In this document: piece after piece, positions 42,440-56,670 of the stretch
How the letters are laid out: every line of letters starts with the position of its first letter
Position numbering within the stretch: the first letter of the stretch is position 1
Source of the DNA: the human T2T-CHM13v2.0 reference genome, Homo sapiens
DNA length: 64,000 bases
Direction: 5' to 3' (one strand)
NCBI RefSeq assembly: GCF_009914755.1
Contig: NC_060925.1
Position numbers and translations under genes: made by a program
Notes under the pieces: model-generated
Told to the model about the DNA's origin: nothing
Databases searched by the model: none
Seen by the model: only the letters and a program-made list of their open reading frames with translations

Positions 42440-44470
42440 GATTCTTTCTCACCGGGCTTGCCCCCAGCCTCTAAACTAGAAGGGGCGTCTGGCTGGGTGT
42501 CCCTGGGAGGACGGCCAGAGTGCGCCTTGCTCAGAGGTTGTTGCAGGGAAGCCCCTTTTCCTGGGGAGGGAGGGAAGGCGCTGTGCATCTCTCCCCGGCG
42601 GCCAGTCCAGCGTCTTCCGGTATGGCAGTCCTTTGCCCTGTCGGGTCAAAGCCAAGCCCCCTCAGCCTCCGGGCTGTCCCCAAACGTGTCTCCCTCGCGG
42701 TGTCCGTGGCGCGCAAGAGCCTGGAGCCTGCTGCTTTGGGCCTCACGCCTCTGTCTCATGCCTCTGCCGGGGCCCCGATTTATTCAGGACACACGTGTGC
42801 TCCGAGTGCCAGATACATGGTGGACCCCGACAAGGCACGCAGGTCTCAGACAACAGGTGACGCTGTGTCCCCGGCCTGTGCAGCGGGGACACCCACCTCA
42901 TTTTACTCCCCCCAGGTCAGCTGGTCCTTGCTGGGAGGCTGGTCCCTGGGGCGAGGGGCCAGGGGCAGCTGGAGGAGAGCGCCTGCCCCTCCCCACCCCG
43001 CCCCGCCCCTCCTCCCTTCCACTCCCCCTCTGGGCCCGCCCTCCGATTTGGCCTCTTCCCCGGGCCCACCCTTTCTATAGCCCCACCCTTTCCGTTTTGG
43101 TTCCTCTCTCCCTGCCAGCCCCGCCCCCTCAGAACCTATCCCGTTTCCTTTATGGACCTGCCCTCGTCTGGTCCCATCCACCCATCTTGCCCCGCCCACA
43201 TCCAGCCTTCCCACCTGGCCCCACCCCTCCTTTTTGGCTCCGTTTCACCCGCCCCGCCCCTCTGGACCCACCCCTCTTTCCTCTGTGGACCTGCCCCTGT
43301 CTGGTTCCACCCACCCACGTGGCCCCACCCACTCCCTGCCTTTTATCCTGGCCCTGCCCCATGGCTGGCCCCATCCTCCATCCCTTTTGGTCCTTGCCCA
43401 CCGAGCTCCTCTGGACCCACCCCTCTTTTTGGGCCCGCACCCATCTGGCTCCTCCCACCCATCTGGCCCCACCCACTCCCCTGCTTTCCATCCCTGCCTT
43501 GCCCTGTGACTGGCCCCACCCTCCATCCCTTTTGGTCCCTCCTTGCCTGCCGAGCTCCTCTGGACCCACCCCTCTTTCAGTTGGGGCCCCGCCCTCATTT
43601 GGCCCCTTTCACCCGTCTGGCCCTGCCCATTCCCACCTTCCACCCTGGCCCCGCCCTGTGGCAGACCCCATTCTCCATTCCTTGTGGCCCTTCTCCTCTG
43701 GACCAACCCCTCTGTCCATTAGGGCCCCGCCTTCATTTGACCCATCCCACCCTCTGGCCTCACCCACTCCACCTTCCATTTTGACCCAGCTCCTTGGCAG
43801 GCTCCAGCCTCCATCTCTTTTGGCTCCTCCTCACCCGCCCCGCCCCTTTGGAACTACCCATCTTTCCTTTATGGGCCCCGCCCCATCTGGCTCCTCCCAC
43901 CCACCTGCCCCCCCCCCCCCCCCCCCCCCCGCTTTCCATCCCGGCCTTGCCCTGTGACTGGCCCCGCCCTCCATCCCTTTTGGCCCCTCCTTGCCCGCGC
44001 CGCCCCTCTGGAGCCACCCCTCTTTCCAATCGGGCCCCACCCTGTTTTCCTGGCCTTCAAGCTCCCGCCTGGCGCCCCGCAGCGGCAAGCGTGATTTATA
44101 GGCCGTCTGAGCCGTGACCTATAAACCCTGTTCTTCAGGGGGTGCCTTTCTTGGATTAAATGCCTCTAAAGGAGCCTCTGTCTCAGAAGTGTCATGTAGA
44201 ATGTTTCCGCTGACGGAGAACATGACCTTTAAAACCCCGAGTAAAGGAAGCAGAGCTGCCAGGGGAAGCATCGGGCAAGGCGGCGCCTCAACCCGCCTGC
44301 ACCTGTCCGCTCTCCGACCCCTCCCCAGACCTGGTGGGGCGGGCTGCTGACCTGGCTGGGGGGGCGCGCTCCCGGGGCCTGGGGGCTGGGCGCGGCTCGG
44401 GGAGCTGCGCTTTGCGGACTGGAGGTGGCGACCGTGCGAGCAGAGACGCCCCTCACCATGGGCCAAGAGC
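42440..44470. promoter_or_regulatory. GC/CpG-rich island-like region, candidate promoter or enhancer
   Basis: CpG-dense flanks (42440-42900 and 43980-44460), many CCCCGCCC/CCCCACCC boxes, CCAAT at 44026, TATAAA at 44120. Confidence 0.45.
42985..44060 (+). repeat. Degenerate C-rich ~150-bp tandem repeat, ~7 copies, including C23
   Basis: Anchor TCTGGACCCACCCCTCTTT recurs near 43128, 43261, 43410, 43559, 43697, 43847 and 44007; C homopolymer at 43908-43930. Confidence 0.85.
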
Positions 44471-44569
44471 CCTGACCCTAACAATGGGAAAGGGCCAGGG
44501 CCCTTGTTCCACTTCAGTTTCCTTCCCTTTGTGCCCTGGGGGACACTGGGTCCTGCTAAAGGCTGGGGC

Positions 44570-45012
44570 GCCTGTCGCAGAAGACCCAGTGTCCTGGGTG
44601 CTCTGGGTGAGGCACAGCGTCCTGGGTGCCCAGATAGGGGTGCAGAATCCTGGGTGCCTGGTTAGGGGTACAGAGTCCTGAGTGCCTGGGTAGGATACAG
44701 AATCCTGGGTGTCTGGTTTGGTTGCAGTGTCCTGGGTGCTTTGGGTGGGGGCACAGTACCTTGGGTGCCCAGGTAGGGGTGCAGTGTCTTGAGGATCTGG
44801 GTAGGTTCAGTGTCCTGGGTGTTCATGTAGGAGTGCAGGGGCCTGGGTGCCTGGGTAGGGGTGCAGCGTCCTGGAGGTCTGGGTAGGAGTGGTGTGTCCT
44901 GGGTCTGTATAGGGGTGCGGAGTCCTGGGTGTTCATGTAGGAGTGCAGTGTCCTCGGTGCCCCCGGAGGGTGCAGCGTCCTGGGTACCTGGGGAGGGCGC
45001 AGCGTCCTGGCT
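44570..45012 (+). repeat. Degenerate ~28-bp tandem repeat, ~16 copies
   Basis: GGGGTGCAG(C/T)GTCCTGGGTGCCTGGGTA-like unit; TCCTGGG recurs every 26-29 bp. Confidence 0.85.
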
Positions 45013-45829
45013 GTTTTGTACAGGGGCACAACGTGATGGCTTCTCTGGATGTTCCATCTGCAGTGTCTCAGAGGATGTCATAGAACTTGGAAGAACTGTG
45101 CCTAGGTCCCACCTTTTATCTGACACTGCAGTCTTTGTTTCTTGGGTGGAAAAGCCATGGCTGCCTCTCTCCCAGGTTGGAGAAAGCATATTTCTGGTAG
45201 TAGCCACTCTGTAGGTCCATATGGACACTTTATACTAAGGAGGCTACATTTTCTTATTCTCTTGCCCCCACAGGCTAATGTCACAAGTAGAAACGTGACT
45301 GATACACTCATTCCTTTGTACACTTTTATAAGAAATCCCCGCAGACGCTGTTTTGCTTTGGTCCCTTTGAGGTGCTTAGAGGAGTGGCTGGATTCTCCAA
45401 GAGGCCTCATGCAGGAAGCACTCAGTATATGTTGCTTGTGAGATGCCGCCAGGGATTCTCTGGAAGGAGGACCAGGAGATTTCTATGGAGAGACGAGTCA
45501 GCTGAAGGCCTTTGTGGATGGAAGTAGGGGACTGTCTTCCACCGTGTCTTTTTTGAGAGCTGGGAAGGAGAGGCCGGGTCGGCTGGGAAAGAGCTGTCTT
45601 GTGTTGGAGGGGCTTTGAGCCCTCCTCCAAGGGTCGCAGAGCAGCAGGTAGAGACTTAGAGTCTGTGCTAACAGAGAGGGAGGGTCTTGTCTGGGAGACT
45701 TGCCTGACCCTCTCTTACTTGGGTGCATGGTGCTGGCAAGGAAGAAGCAGGGCCAGCGGAAGGGCTGTATTTCTGGTGAGATGTATTAATATGTGAAAGC
45801 CACTTCGGGAAAAGTAGTGAGTGTGGTAT

Positions 45830-45975
45830 GAGCATGAGTGTGTGTGTATGACTTTGTGTGCTTGTGTGTGTCTGTGCATGTGTGCATGTGTGTGGGCACG
45901 TGCTCCTGGGGGCATGCACATGTTTAAGTGTGTGCTTGTGTCTGTGCATGTGTGTATGTGTGTGGGTGTGTGTGT
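45830..45975 (+). repeat. Imperfect (TG)n microsatellite
   Basis: Alternating TG with interruptions. Confidence 0.9.
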
Positions 45976-46249
45976 AGGGGGCACGCAGCCAGCTCTAACT
46001 TGAGCAGAGGCATTCTGTTGTTATAAATAAGGCTGGTTTTTATATTCCCATTTGACCAGGGAGTGCAACCAGCAGACCAAAGGTAATGCATTTCAGCTGC
46101 CTGTGGGGGAAGGTAAATGTGGTTTATTAGCCCCCCTGGCTCAGAGGGGGCTGGGCACTGGTAGCAGCTGAAGCAAGGCGGCTCTAGATGGAGGGAGGGG
46201 ACAGGTTGGTGATTGTGTGCCCTGGTTTCTCTAAAGGAAAAAAAATGGA

Positions 46250-46560
46250 CGTGCCGCCTGTTAGCTAATCAACAGTGAGGAGAAAGTCCTGACAACAAGT
46301 AAAGAAAACTTAGCTGGCAATAAAATAAGGGACTTTTTATGGTGGTTTTTATGAGAACATTTTCGCTTTGGGAGTTATTAGAGTTAGTGCCGGTTGTGAC
46401 AAAAGCTGCATTTGCATATCGCCGTGATGAGGTCTGGATGGAGCCTGAATGCGGCATTAACTGCATATCAGAGACCCTTTCAGAAGCCAAACAGGATGAC
46501 ATTTATTGCAAGCTCGATGCCGCACGTCTGGCATTAGTTACTGCTTGTTGTGTCCTGTGG
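46250..46560. promoter_or_regulatory. Candidate conserved enhancer block
   Basis: Octamer ATTTGCAT at 46410-46417; TTTTATGG, TTTTATGA and CAATAAAA posterior-Hox/Cdx-like motifs; TGACA. Confidence 0.3.
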
Positions 46561-46794
46561 AAACTAGATTTTCTGTCTTGGGATCTTTCTGGGACTGGTC
46601 GCAGCAGCTTCCTAGGTCAAGAACAAGCTAGGGCTTTGGGAGTGTGTGGGGGATCTCGGGGATGGGGAGGGGACACCATCGGGAGAGGAGAAGGAGTTAG
46701 GCTTCACAGGGCTGCGCGCTGGCCAGGTGCCTGTCACAGGCTGACCTAGATGAGACTGCCACTCTCAGATTCAAGCCCCACACCAGGACAAACA

Positions 46795-48149
<1,355 letters not shown>

Positions 48150-49109
48150 TCAGAGAGCATTCTCTATCTCAGGGGACCTTCAGCCACTAGGTTTGAGGAT
48201 TCCCAGGGGATGTTGGTGTGGTTGAGGGCTCTAGGGCAGCTTAGGCTGGTGGCCACGTGTTCCTGCCTCACATCCGCTCCTCTCCATGAGCTCTGGCTGT
48301 GCTGTGTGGTTCAGCCAGCATTTGAAAAGTCTGGGCTGAGGCTGCTGTGGAGAGGAAGCAATTGTGCATTTCATAGATGGTGACATGCATCTCTGCTGAA
48401 GGCTGAGAGTGATATTGGAGGAGGCACAGTGGGCTTCTGCCTGGCTCAGATTTAGGGAGAATCTTAGGGCAGGGGGTGAAGTCAGAATGTCCTATTTTTT
48501 CTCTTCCAGAAAAATCGGTAGGATCCCTGGGTGACTCAGCTCTTAGTCTTAATTATGCTGCTATGTAAATATTTCTGAGGTCTCTTGGTTTTCTCAGTTG
48601 GCATTATATCACAGTTAATAACCAGAGGGCACATTATAAATATGCAAACTAGTAATAATGCTTTAACTCGAAGAACATCGATAAATTGCCAAACTGAGCT
48701 GGCAGCGTTCAGCAGCTCATTCCCTTTGCTGTGGAGATAGCTTCCTCTACTCCTGCATCATGGAACCCACGAATTCCGTTGGCCCCTCCCTGCCCCAGAT
48801 GGCACCCTCAGGAGCAGTCGGCTGTCCGCTTGGTGTGCCGAGAAAACGGCTCTTAATGTGGCCCCGGGTGTGTTTTCCAGCATCTAGAAATCTCCCAGAG
48901 AGAGCAAGGCATGTATCGTGGCTTGCCCTCCGCTCTTTCTGTGCTGGGACAAGATCGGAAGTAGAGTCTGGAAGGATGGCCCTTGCCCCTCTCCCGTCCT
49001 TTATTTGGTTGGAAAGATCATAGCCCCCACGGTGGAGATACCGCCAGAGTTCTCCTCCCCGCTCCCTGCCTTGTATATGGCCTCAGGAAGTCACGTCAGC
49101 TTCTTCATC

Positions 49110-49790
49110 AGAAATTCATTTATATGACAAATGTTTACTGTGTGCCTACTGCGTGCCAGGTGCTGTGCTGGGCAGTGCATATGGTCCTTGTCCTCATGGA
49201 ACTGATGTTAGGGTAGGAGAGACAAGCAGGCAGTAGTTAGGATTGTGATCGATGTGTGTCTCGGAAGCACAAGGGGTTACTGGAGCACCTGTTCAGGACG
49301 TATCATCCATTCCCGGTGGGTCAGGAAATTCTACCGGAAATTCTACCGTAGCAAGTGCTATCTAAGTGGAGATCTGAAGATACCCTGGCAAAAGGAGACG
49401 GATAGAGAGAGTGGAGGTGGGGGCTTGCGGGAGGCGGGTTACAGGGAAGAACATCCTGGTCAGAGGGAACAGAATGTGCAGGTGCTTCAAGGAGAGAATG
49501 CGGGATGTGACTAGGGAGCTGCAAGTCGCCAGTGTGGCTGCAGCATGGAGCTAGTGGAGGACAGGTGTGCTGAGGTGGGCTGCAGAGGCACGGGGCGAGG
49601 GGGTGTCTGTCTCCAAGGAGCTAGTCTGTCTTGCCAAGTTGAGGGACATTTAAAGGGTTTGACTTTATCGGGACAGAGAGGGGCCAGTCTTGCCTTAGAA
49701 AGCTCCTGGTTGTGGTGAGTGGACCAGAAGAGGTCAAGAATGGCAGCTGAGATACATAGGGGTCCTTGCTTGGCCTCCGTGGGCATTTTC
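49110..49790 (-). mobile_element. L2
   Basis: ACAAATGTTTACTGTGTGCCTACTGCGTGCCAGGTGCTGTGCTGGG...GTCCTTGTCCTCATGGA. Confidence 0.7.
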
Positions 49791-50429
49791 AGTGAGGGCT
49801 AAACCAGATGCCTTGTCTACCGCAAAGGGCACTTGTTGGATCAGCCCGAGCCATGCTAAATCAGGCAGCTTCTGAGCAGGATGCAGGTTGGGGGCTCTGA
49901 ACTTGGAGTCTGGGCAGGAAGGAGGTGGTGTTTGTGGTTTGTGGAGGCGGCAGCGGGATGCCTGTGACCTGAGTGGAGCTAGAAGGGGCAAGGAACGCTG
50001 CAGAAGTAAAGGCGGCCAGGTTGGGGGAGTGAGCGGCTAGGTTGGGTGAGGGTTCCTGGGCTCCAGCCGTTGGACTGCCGCTTGCCCTGGAACCTGGTCC
50101 GGCTCCTCACCCGGATGATCACATCTGCTTTGGGGCGGTGAGGAGGGCCCAGATGATGCAGTGGGAACTGGTGGTGCCCAGTGAGATGAGCTTTTTCATG
50201 CAGGCCTTGGACTTCAGGCTTGTTCCAGCTCAGTGCACTTTTCCTGCCTCAGCTTCCTCATCTGTGAGATGGGCACCTACCTTTGGGGTTTCTTTGCAGG
50301 CTCTGTGTCTTCCCATATTTACAAAATAAAGGTTGGATGGGTGTTTATTGGCCTTCAAAGCCAGTGTAGGCCTACGATTTAAACTTCATCCACATTCCTC
50401 AGCAATGAGTGTAGACCATAGTTAGATGT

Positions 50430-50770
50430 ATTTTAAACTTTTTATTTTGAAATTTATTTATTATTATTACAGGAATTTGCAAAGACAGTTCAGGGGGCCT
50501 CATGTAGCCTTGGTCTCCTTTCTGCAATGGCTTCATCTTACCTGACAGTATCACAGCCAGGACCCAGATGTCGATACAGTGCACATGTGCAGTTCTGTGT
50601 TGCTTCATGTCACACGTGCAAATTTGTGTCACCACCACCACAGTCAAGGTGCAGAATTGTTCCATCTCCACAGACATCCTCCCACCAACCCTGTGTGGTC
50701 AACTCACCCTCTCCCTCCCAGGATCTCTAACCCCAGTCAACCACTAATTTGTTCACCATCTCTGTAAGAC
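50430..50770 (-). mobile_element. L1MC/MD-type 3' end
   Basis: TTTTTATTTTGAAAT...CACCACCACAGTCAAGGTGCAGAATTGTTCCATC. Confidence 0.65.
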
Positions 50771-53409
50771 TATTTTAAATTACAAATGTATTTTTGTTAT
50801 AAAATTATATAATAATCTTCCAGAAATTGAGGGACATGGAAAGAAAACATTTCCATTTCCCTACCACTCTCAGTGATTTCAGCGCATCTCTGTGCCTTTT
50901 TTGGTCCACATGCATATATTTAGTGTATCTGTAATCCTAATGTGTACGGGACCTTATGTCCTGCTTTGCTTGCACGACGTGCCATAAGCATCCTCCATAT
51001 GTATTGGAGCCGTGGAGTGCTCACAGACAGCATTCCAGGAGGCGGAATGGGTGGCAGGGAGTGGGAGGCAGCAGAAGGAGTGGAGGCCGGTCCCAGACCA
51101 GCATCGGTGAGGAGGTAATGGGGGTTCTTGCCAGGCCAGGGACTCTCGGCTTGGAGGGGGTCACTCCAAGGGCCTGGCAAAGGATGTGGCGACAGGACCC
51201 AGGGACTCCACCTGAGGCCTGAAGGATACCGTGAGTCTGAAGACTCCACAGAACTGATGTTGGGATGGGAGAGACAAGCAGGCAATAGTTAGGAATGTGA
51301 TCGATGTGCATATCAGAAGCACAGGGGGCTACTAGAGCACCTGTTCAGGACGTATCATCCAGTCCTGGTGGGTCAGGACATTCTACTATAGCAAGTGCTA
51401 TCTCAGTGGAGATCTGAAGATAACCTGGCAAAAGGAGACAGATGGAGAACAGAACAGACCCAACAACCTCAGGAGAATGAACAGCCAGGTGTTCCCTGAG
51501 GCCAGTGGTAGTGTCTGCATGGACCGTTGCTGGCTGTGGTCCTCTGCAGGGACCACTGCTGTGTCTGTTTCCAGCCTCTCCTTTCCTAAACCAGGCCGGC
51601 CCTGTCAGCCTGGCTCCAAACTTCACTCCCTGGCCTTTGGAGGGAAGACCCTCTGGTTCGGGCCTTCCTTCCTTCTCAGGGCTTTGGAAGCCCCTCTTCT
51701 TTCCAAAGGGGCTTGGCTTTCTGTCACCCAGCAGCCAGCTCCATTGTGGTCCTAGGAGTGTCAGTGAGCACAAAGCAGACACAGAAGAAACCTTGAAGTA
51801 ATTAACAGAGTGAGCATGAGACGTTCCTGCTGGAGAAGAGCACACGATGGGCCTCGCTCCTCATGCTCCCCACTCCTGATGAGTAATTACACGTGGCTGT
51901 CTGGGAGTGGGAGTATTTATAGCAACGCCTCTTTTGCTGGAGTGTTGAACTTTCTTCTTTGTGGCAGCACGCTTATAAAAAGGTAATCAAATAGCAGACG
52001 ATCGGATTGTATCCGTGTCATTCTGCTGCCACTTTAATGAGGACTGAGAATAAATAGAAATCCTGAAATTGTGCTATCCCAAACTGTTTGCAAGCCCCTC
52101 AGTGGGGGAGTCCGGTTTGATTTGGTTTTGTTTTTACCACCCCCACCCTCACTACTAATTTTACGTTGTCTTTGGAGTTGCTCAGGGGCCAAAGTGCCTT
52201 CTGGGTAAGTCTCTAACCGAAAACTAGATCCACAGGCAGGCCTTTTATTAAAAGGCATTTAATGACTCTGAATTCCTTGTTGTGTTAGAGCTGATTTGGG
52301 GCAGGATAATGGTGTCTGTGGCTGGGATAAAAACCCCCATGACCATCCTCCATGCTTATTAGGTAAGTGATTGGTGTGGATTCCTGCTCTCCGAAGGAAA
52401 AAGGAAAGAGAAGAAAAGGCCAGGCCTGCCTGTGGCCGCCCCCGGGTCTCAGCAATGGCATTATCACTGCTAACCCAGGTGTGACTTGGCTCCGCTGCCA
52501 TTGGCGTCAGCAAGGCCCGTCAGCCTCCCCAAAAAGCCAGAGCTGGCCTGGAGAGAGGAGAGGAGAGCATCGCGGGCAGGTGCTGAGGGTTGGCCTTGTG
52601 TTCTGGACAGGCCGTGAGCAGGAGACTGATCGTCTTGATGAGGTGTGCAGGGCAGGACTTTGTAATTTGACATTGTTGGAGAAGGAGGGGCGGGGGTAGA
52701 GTGAAGGCCCCAGAAGGAGAACTGGGTCAGAAGTGTCCTTTGCTTCTCATTTTCCTCCCAACAAGGGGCTTCCCTGTTGGGAAGGTTTGCTAAGGCAAGG
52801 GGGTTATTGTGCAGAGAAGGGGGTGACTGCCCTGTCACCCCAGTGGTGAGGGAACTTGGCTTTATGACATCTAAGATTGTGAGCCTATGTAAATTGCAGG
52901 GAAGAGTAACAAGTAACTGAAAGTCCCGTGTGTGCTCCTAGTGACACACCTGGCCGGTTGCCTTTAATAAAGGCAGAAAAACCTCCGTTAAGACATTTAC
53001 TCATGCCTTTGAGTAAATTAATATTGATTTGACATTCGACAACTGTTTGAATTTTTACTTCTTTTTTTTGCATCTGGAGAAAGGATCTGTGTTTAGTAAG
53101 CACTTCTGTGTGCTGATTTCTGCAATTAGCCTTTATTCATCCCTTGCCTGCCGTGTGCCAGGCTGCTCTTTCCCAGCATCAGGGTGCTGACCAGGCAACA
53201 CGGTCCCTGCCCTCGGTGAGCTTATGTTCCAGGAGAATGGTGTTGAGGCAAAGAGGGAAGTCCTATCTGGCTGTCTTAGGGGCTGGCAGTTGGCCAGGGA
53301 AGTGCTGATTAGAGGGGCCAAAGCCTGAATTCTGCCTGTGCTTCCTGGCTGAGTGTGGAGTCAGTGTAGACGTCTTTCTGTCTCCAAACACAGCCTGAAC
53401 CTAATTGTT

Positions 53410-54325
<916 letters not shown>

Positions 54326-56274
54326 ACAGTGGCCACGATTCTGAACCTCTTTGGTTTTGTCATCTGCTGGGTGACACCGACCTTGTAAAGACTCAGCCCT
54401 CACCTGGACCGTGGCATTCTTGGTCCCATGGCTGTTCATGTGGCCCTGAGAGCGAATGAAAGTATCGCCTCATCTCCCTTCTACAGTGGCTGGCGGGAGG
54501 TGGAAGCTAGTGCTGCCTCCTGCCCCACCTTCCCACAGCCGGGGAAGGGGCTTTCACGTTTCTGAATCTCAGCGCCAAAAGGAACTTCCTCTGTCAGGAC
54601 CCACTTTTGTGGAAGCCTGTGTGAAATGTGATCCTCAAATCCAGCTTGAAGCTGCGGTTGAATTTTTGTGGGGTTCTCATTATTTAACGTTTGGCCCAGA
54701 ATGGCATTTGTCTGAAGACAGACAGACAGGCTGGAGCTTACTGGGGGCCCACACAGTGTGTGGAGCTCGGTCTGGGCTGCTCTGGTTTGTAATATATTGT
54801 TCTCAGTGCCAGGAGCTGCAGCAGCATCTCCAGTGAGGAACAAGGAGAGGGAGGAACCTGGGAGCAGGAGGGGAAACCCGGAGTCGGAGAATCCAATTTT
54901 TCATACAGTAACAAAACAATACAGTTGTGTATTCCCATAATATCCCTTCAGTTTCTTGGGGTCTAGGCTTGCATCTATTTTTAAAAACACTTGGACCAAT
55001 AATTCTGCTTTATGCAGACCAACTGGAGGGTCTCTAGCTTGGAGATTTAATGTAAAATAAACTCTAAATGGGGTGGCACACAGCATGGTGGCCTGCAACT
55101 GTAGACAAGCAATTTTTCTTAAACAAGCTGAGGGATTGAAGTAAATGATGGTGGTGTTCAGTTCTGTCCCAGAGTTGGGAGTGAGGCGAGGCCAGGGAGA
55201 TGGAAGGTCCAGGCTTATCCAACCTCCTGTGCGCTCCCTGTGAATGTTGGTCGGGCAGGGAGGCTGCTCGGAGGGAGTCTTTGAGGAAGCCGACTCCTCT
55301 TACCTGCCGCACGGACGTCCTGGAAGACAGTCTGTGCATCCAGACTGGGGTTTCCTAGCACTTTGGAACTGGGCTCAGAAGGCTTCAGTTTGGCAAAGAC
55401 GCATTGCATTTTGCAGGTTCCTTTGATCACGGCCCAGGTGGGGCCACATCCCCTTAGAATACTTTTCTCTGTCTTCTTCCCTTGGGCTTAGACGGCCTTT
55501 TGCCATCTAATAATAAAAAAAATTTATCTGACAAATATCAAGTATTTGTTGGAATAAACATAAGGCTTGCCATCTTCCTTGGACAAGGGGAAAATAACTC
55601 TCCTTCACTTCTGACGAGTTTACAAGATACAAGTTAATTTTTGGACAGATTATCCTGCCAACTTAAATTATCAATAAATCACCCTGCCACCCATGGTCCT
55701 TCTCGTGAAGGAGGCGCCATCTCTGTTTTCTGGGGGAGGATGCTGCAGGGCTGAGATGACGGGGCCTGCCTCGAGTCACACCAGAGCTGGAAGGTGGCAG
55801 AGCTGGAAGCCGAGCATTCCACACTGTCTCCCCCCACCACCATCAGTGTGAGCCTTGGGGAAAAATAGGGACGTTCAGCATGTTGTCCCTGCTCTTGCGG
55901 GGCTCAGGATCTTTGTAAGAGGAACAGGAGTAAACCCTGAAAATTTCGGTAAAAATTAAGAAGCAGCGGAGTGGCATGGTTAGCGTCACTGCATGCAAAT
56001 TGTCCTGTGGCTTGCTGCTTTGTTTGTTGTTATTGTTTGTTTTTCATCAGACTGTGGGCTCTTGGGGATGCTCCTCTGTGCGCTGTTTGCTGTGGAATTC
56101 CCAGGAGGGACGGTCATCGTTTGTTGACTGCAAGAATGAACGAATGCTACGAGAGTCTGGGGAGCTGGGCCTTGAAGGATGGGCATTTGTTGGGCAGGCT
56201 GAATGCAATGACAGTTGTTCAAGCTGATGGGGAGCGTGGCAGGAGAGGAGGAGGTGGAGCCTGCTTGGAGCATA

Positions 56275-56670
56275 ATAACGGCTTCATTGAGACAGAATTG
56301 TAGGCTTTAGATGGGTACAATTCACTCATGTAAAGCCTACAATTCAGTGGTTTTAGTATACTCACAGAGTTGTGCAGCCACACTACAACCAATTTTAAAA
56401 CATTTTAATCGCCCCAAAAGGAAGCCTTGTACTCCTCAGCTATCACCCCCAAGCCCCCAACTTCCTCCCAGCCCTTGGCAACCACCAATCTGCTTTCTAT
56501 CTCTATGGATCTGCCTATTCTAGACATTTCATGTAAACAGGATAGTGCAGTATGTGGCCTTTGGTAACCGCCTTCTTTCACTCAGTGTCATGATCTGTTC
56601 TTCCCTGCCGCGGCGAGCGTCAGTACTCCCTTCCTTTCCGCTGCTGAGTGACACTCTGCGATGTGGACAG
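56275..56670 (-). mobile_element. L1MB-type 3' end
   Basis: TACAATTCAGTGGTTTTAGTATACTCACAGAGTTGTGCAGCC. Confidence 0.8.

Noticed and set aside
42458-43957. 499-aa proline-rich ORF
   Set aside because: Non-ATG start; it results from the C-rich tandem array lacking stop codons, and overlapping ORFs in several frames show the same effect
46127-46155. Possible CTCF site (also 24061-24080)
   Set aside because: Only a partial match to the CTCF core; cannot be supported without a PWM scan or ChIP data
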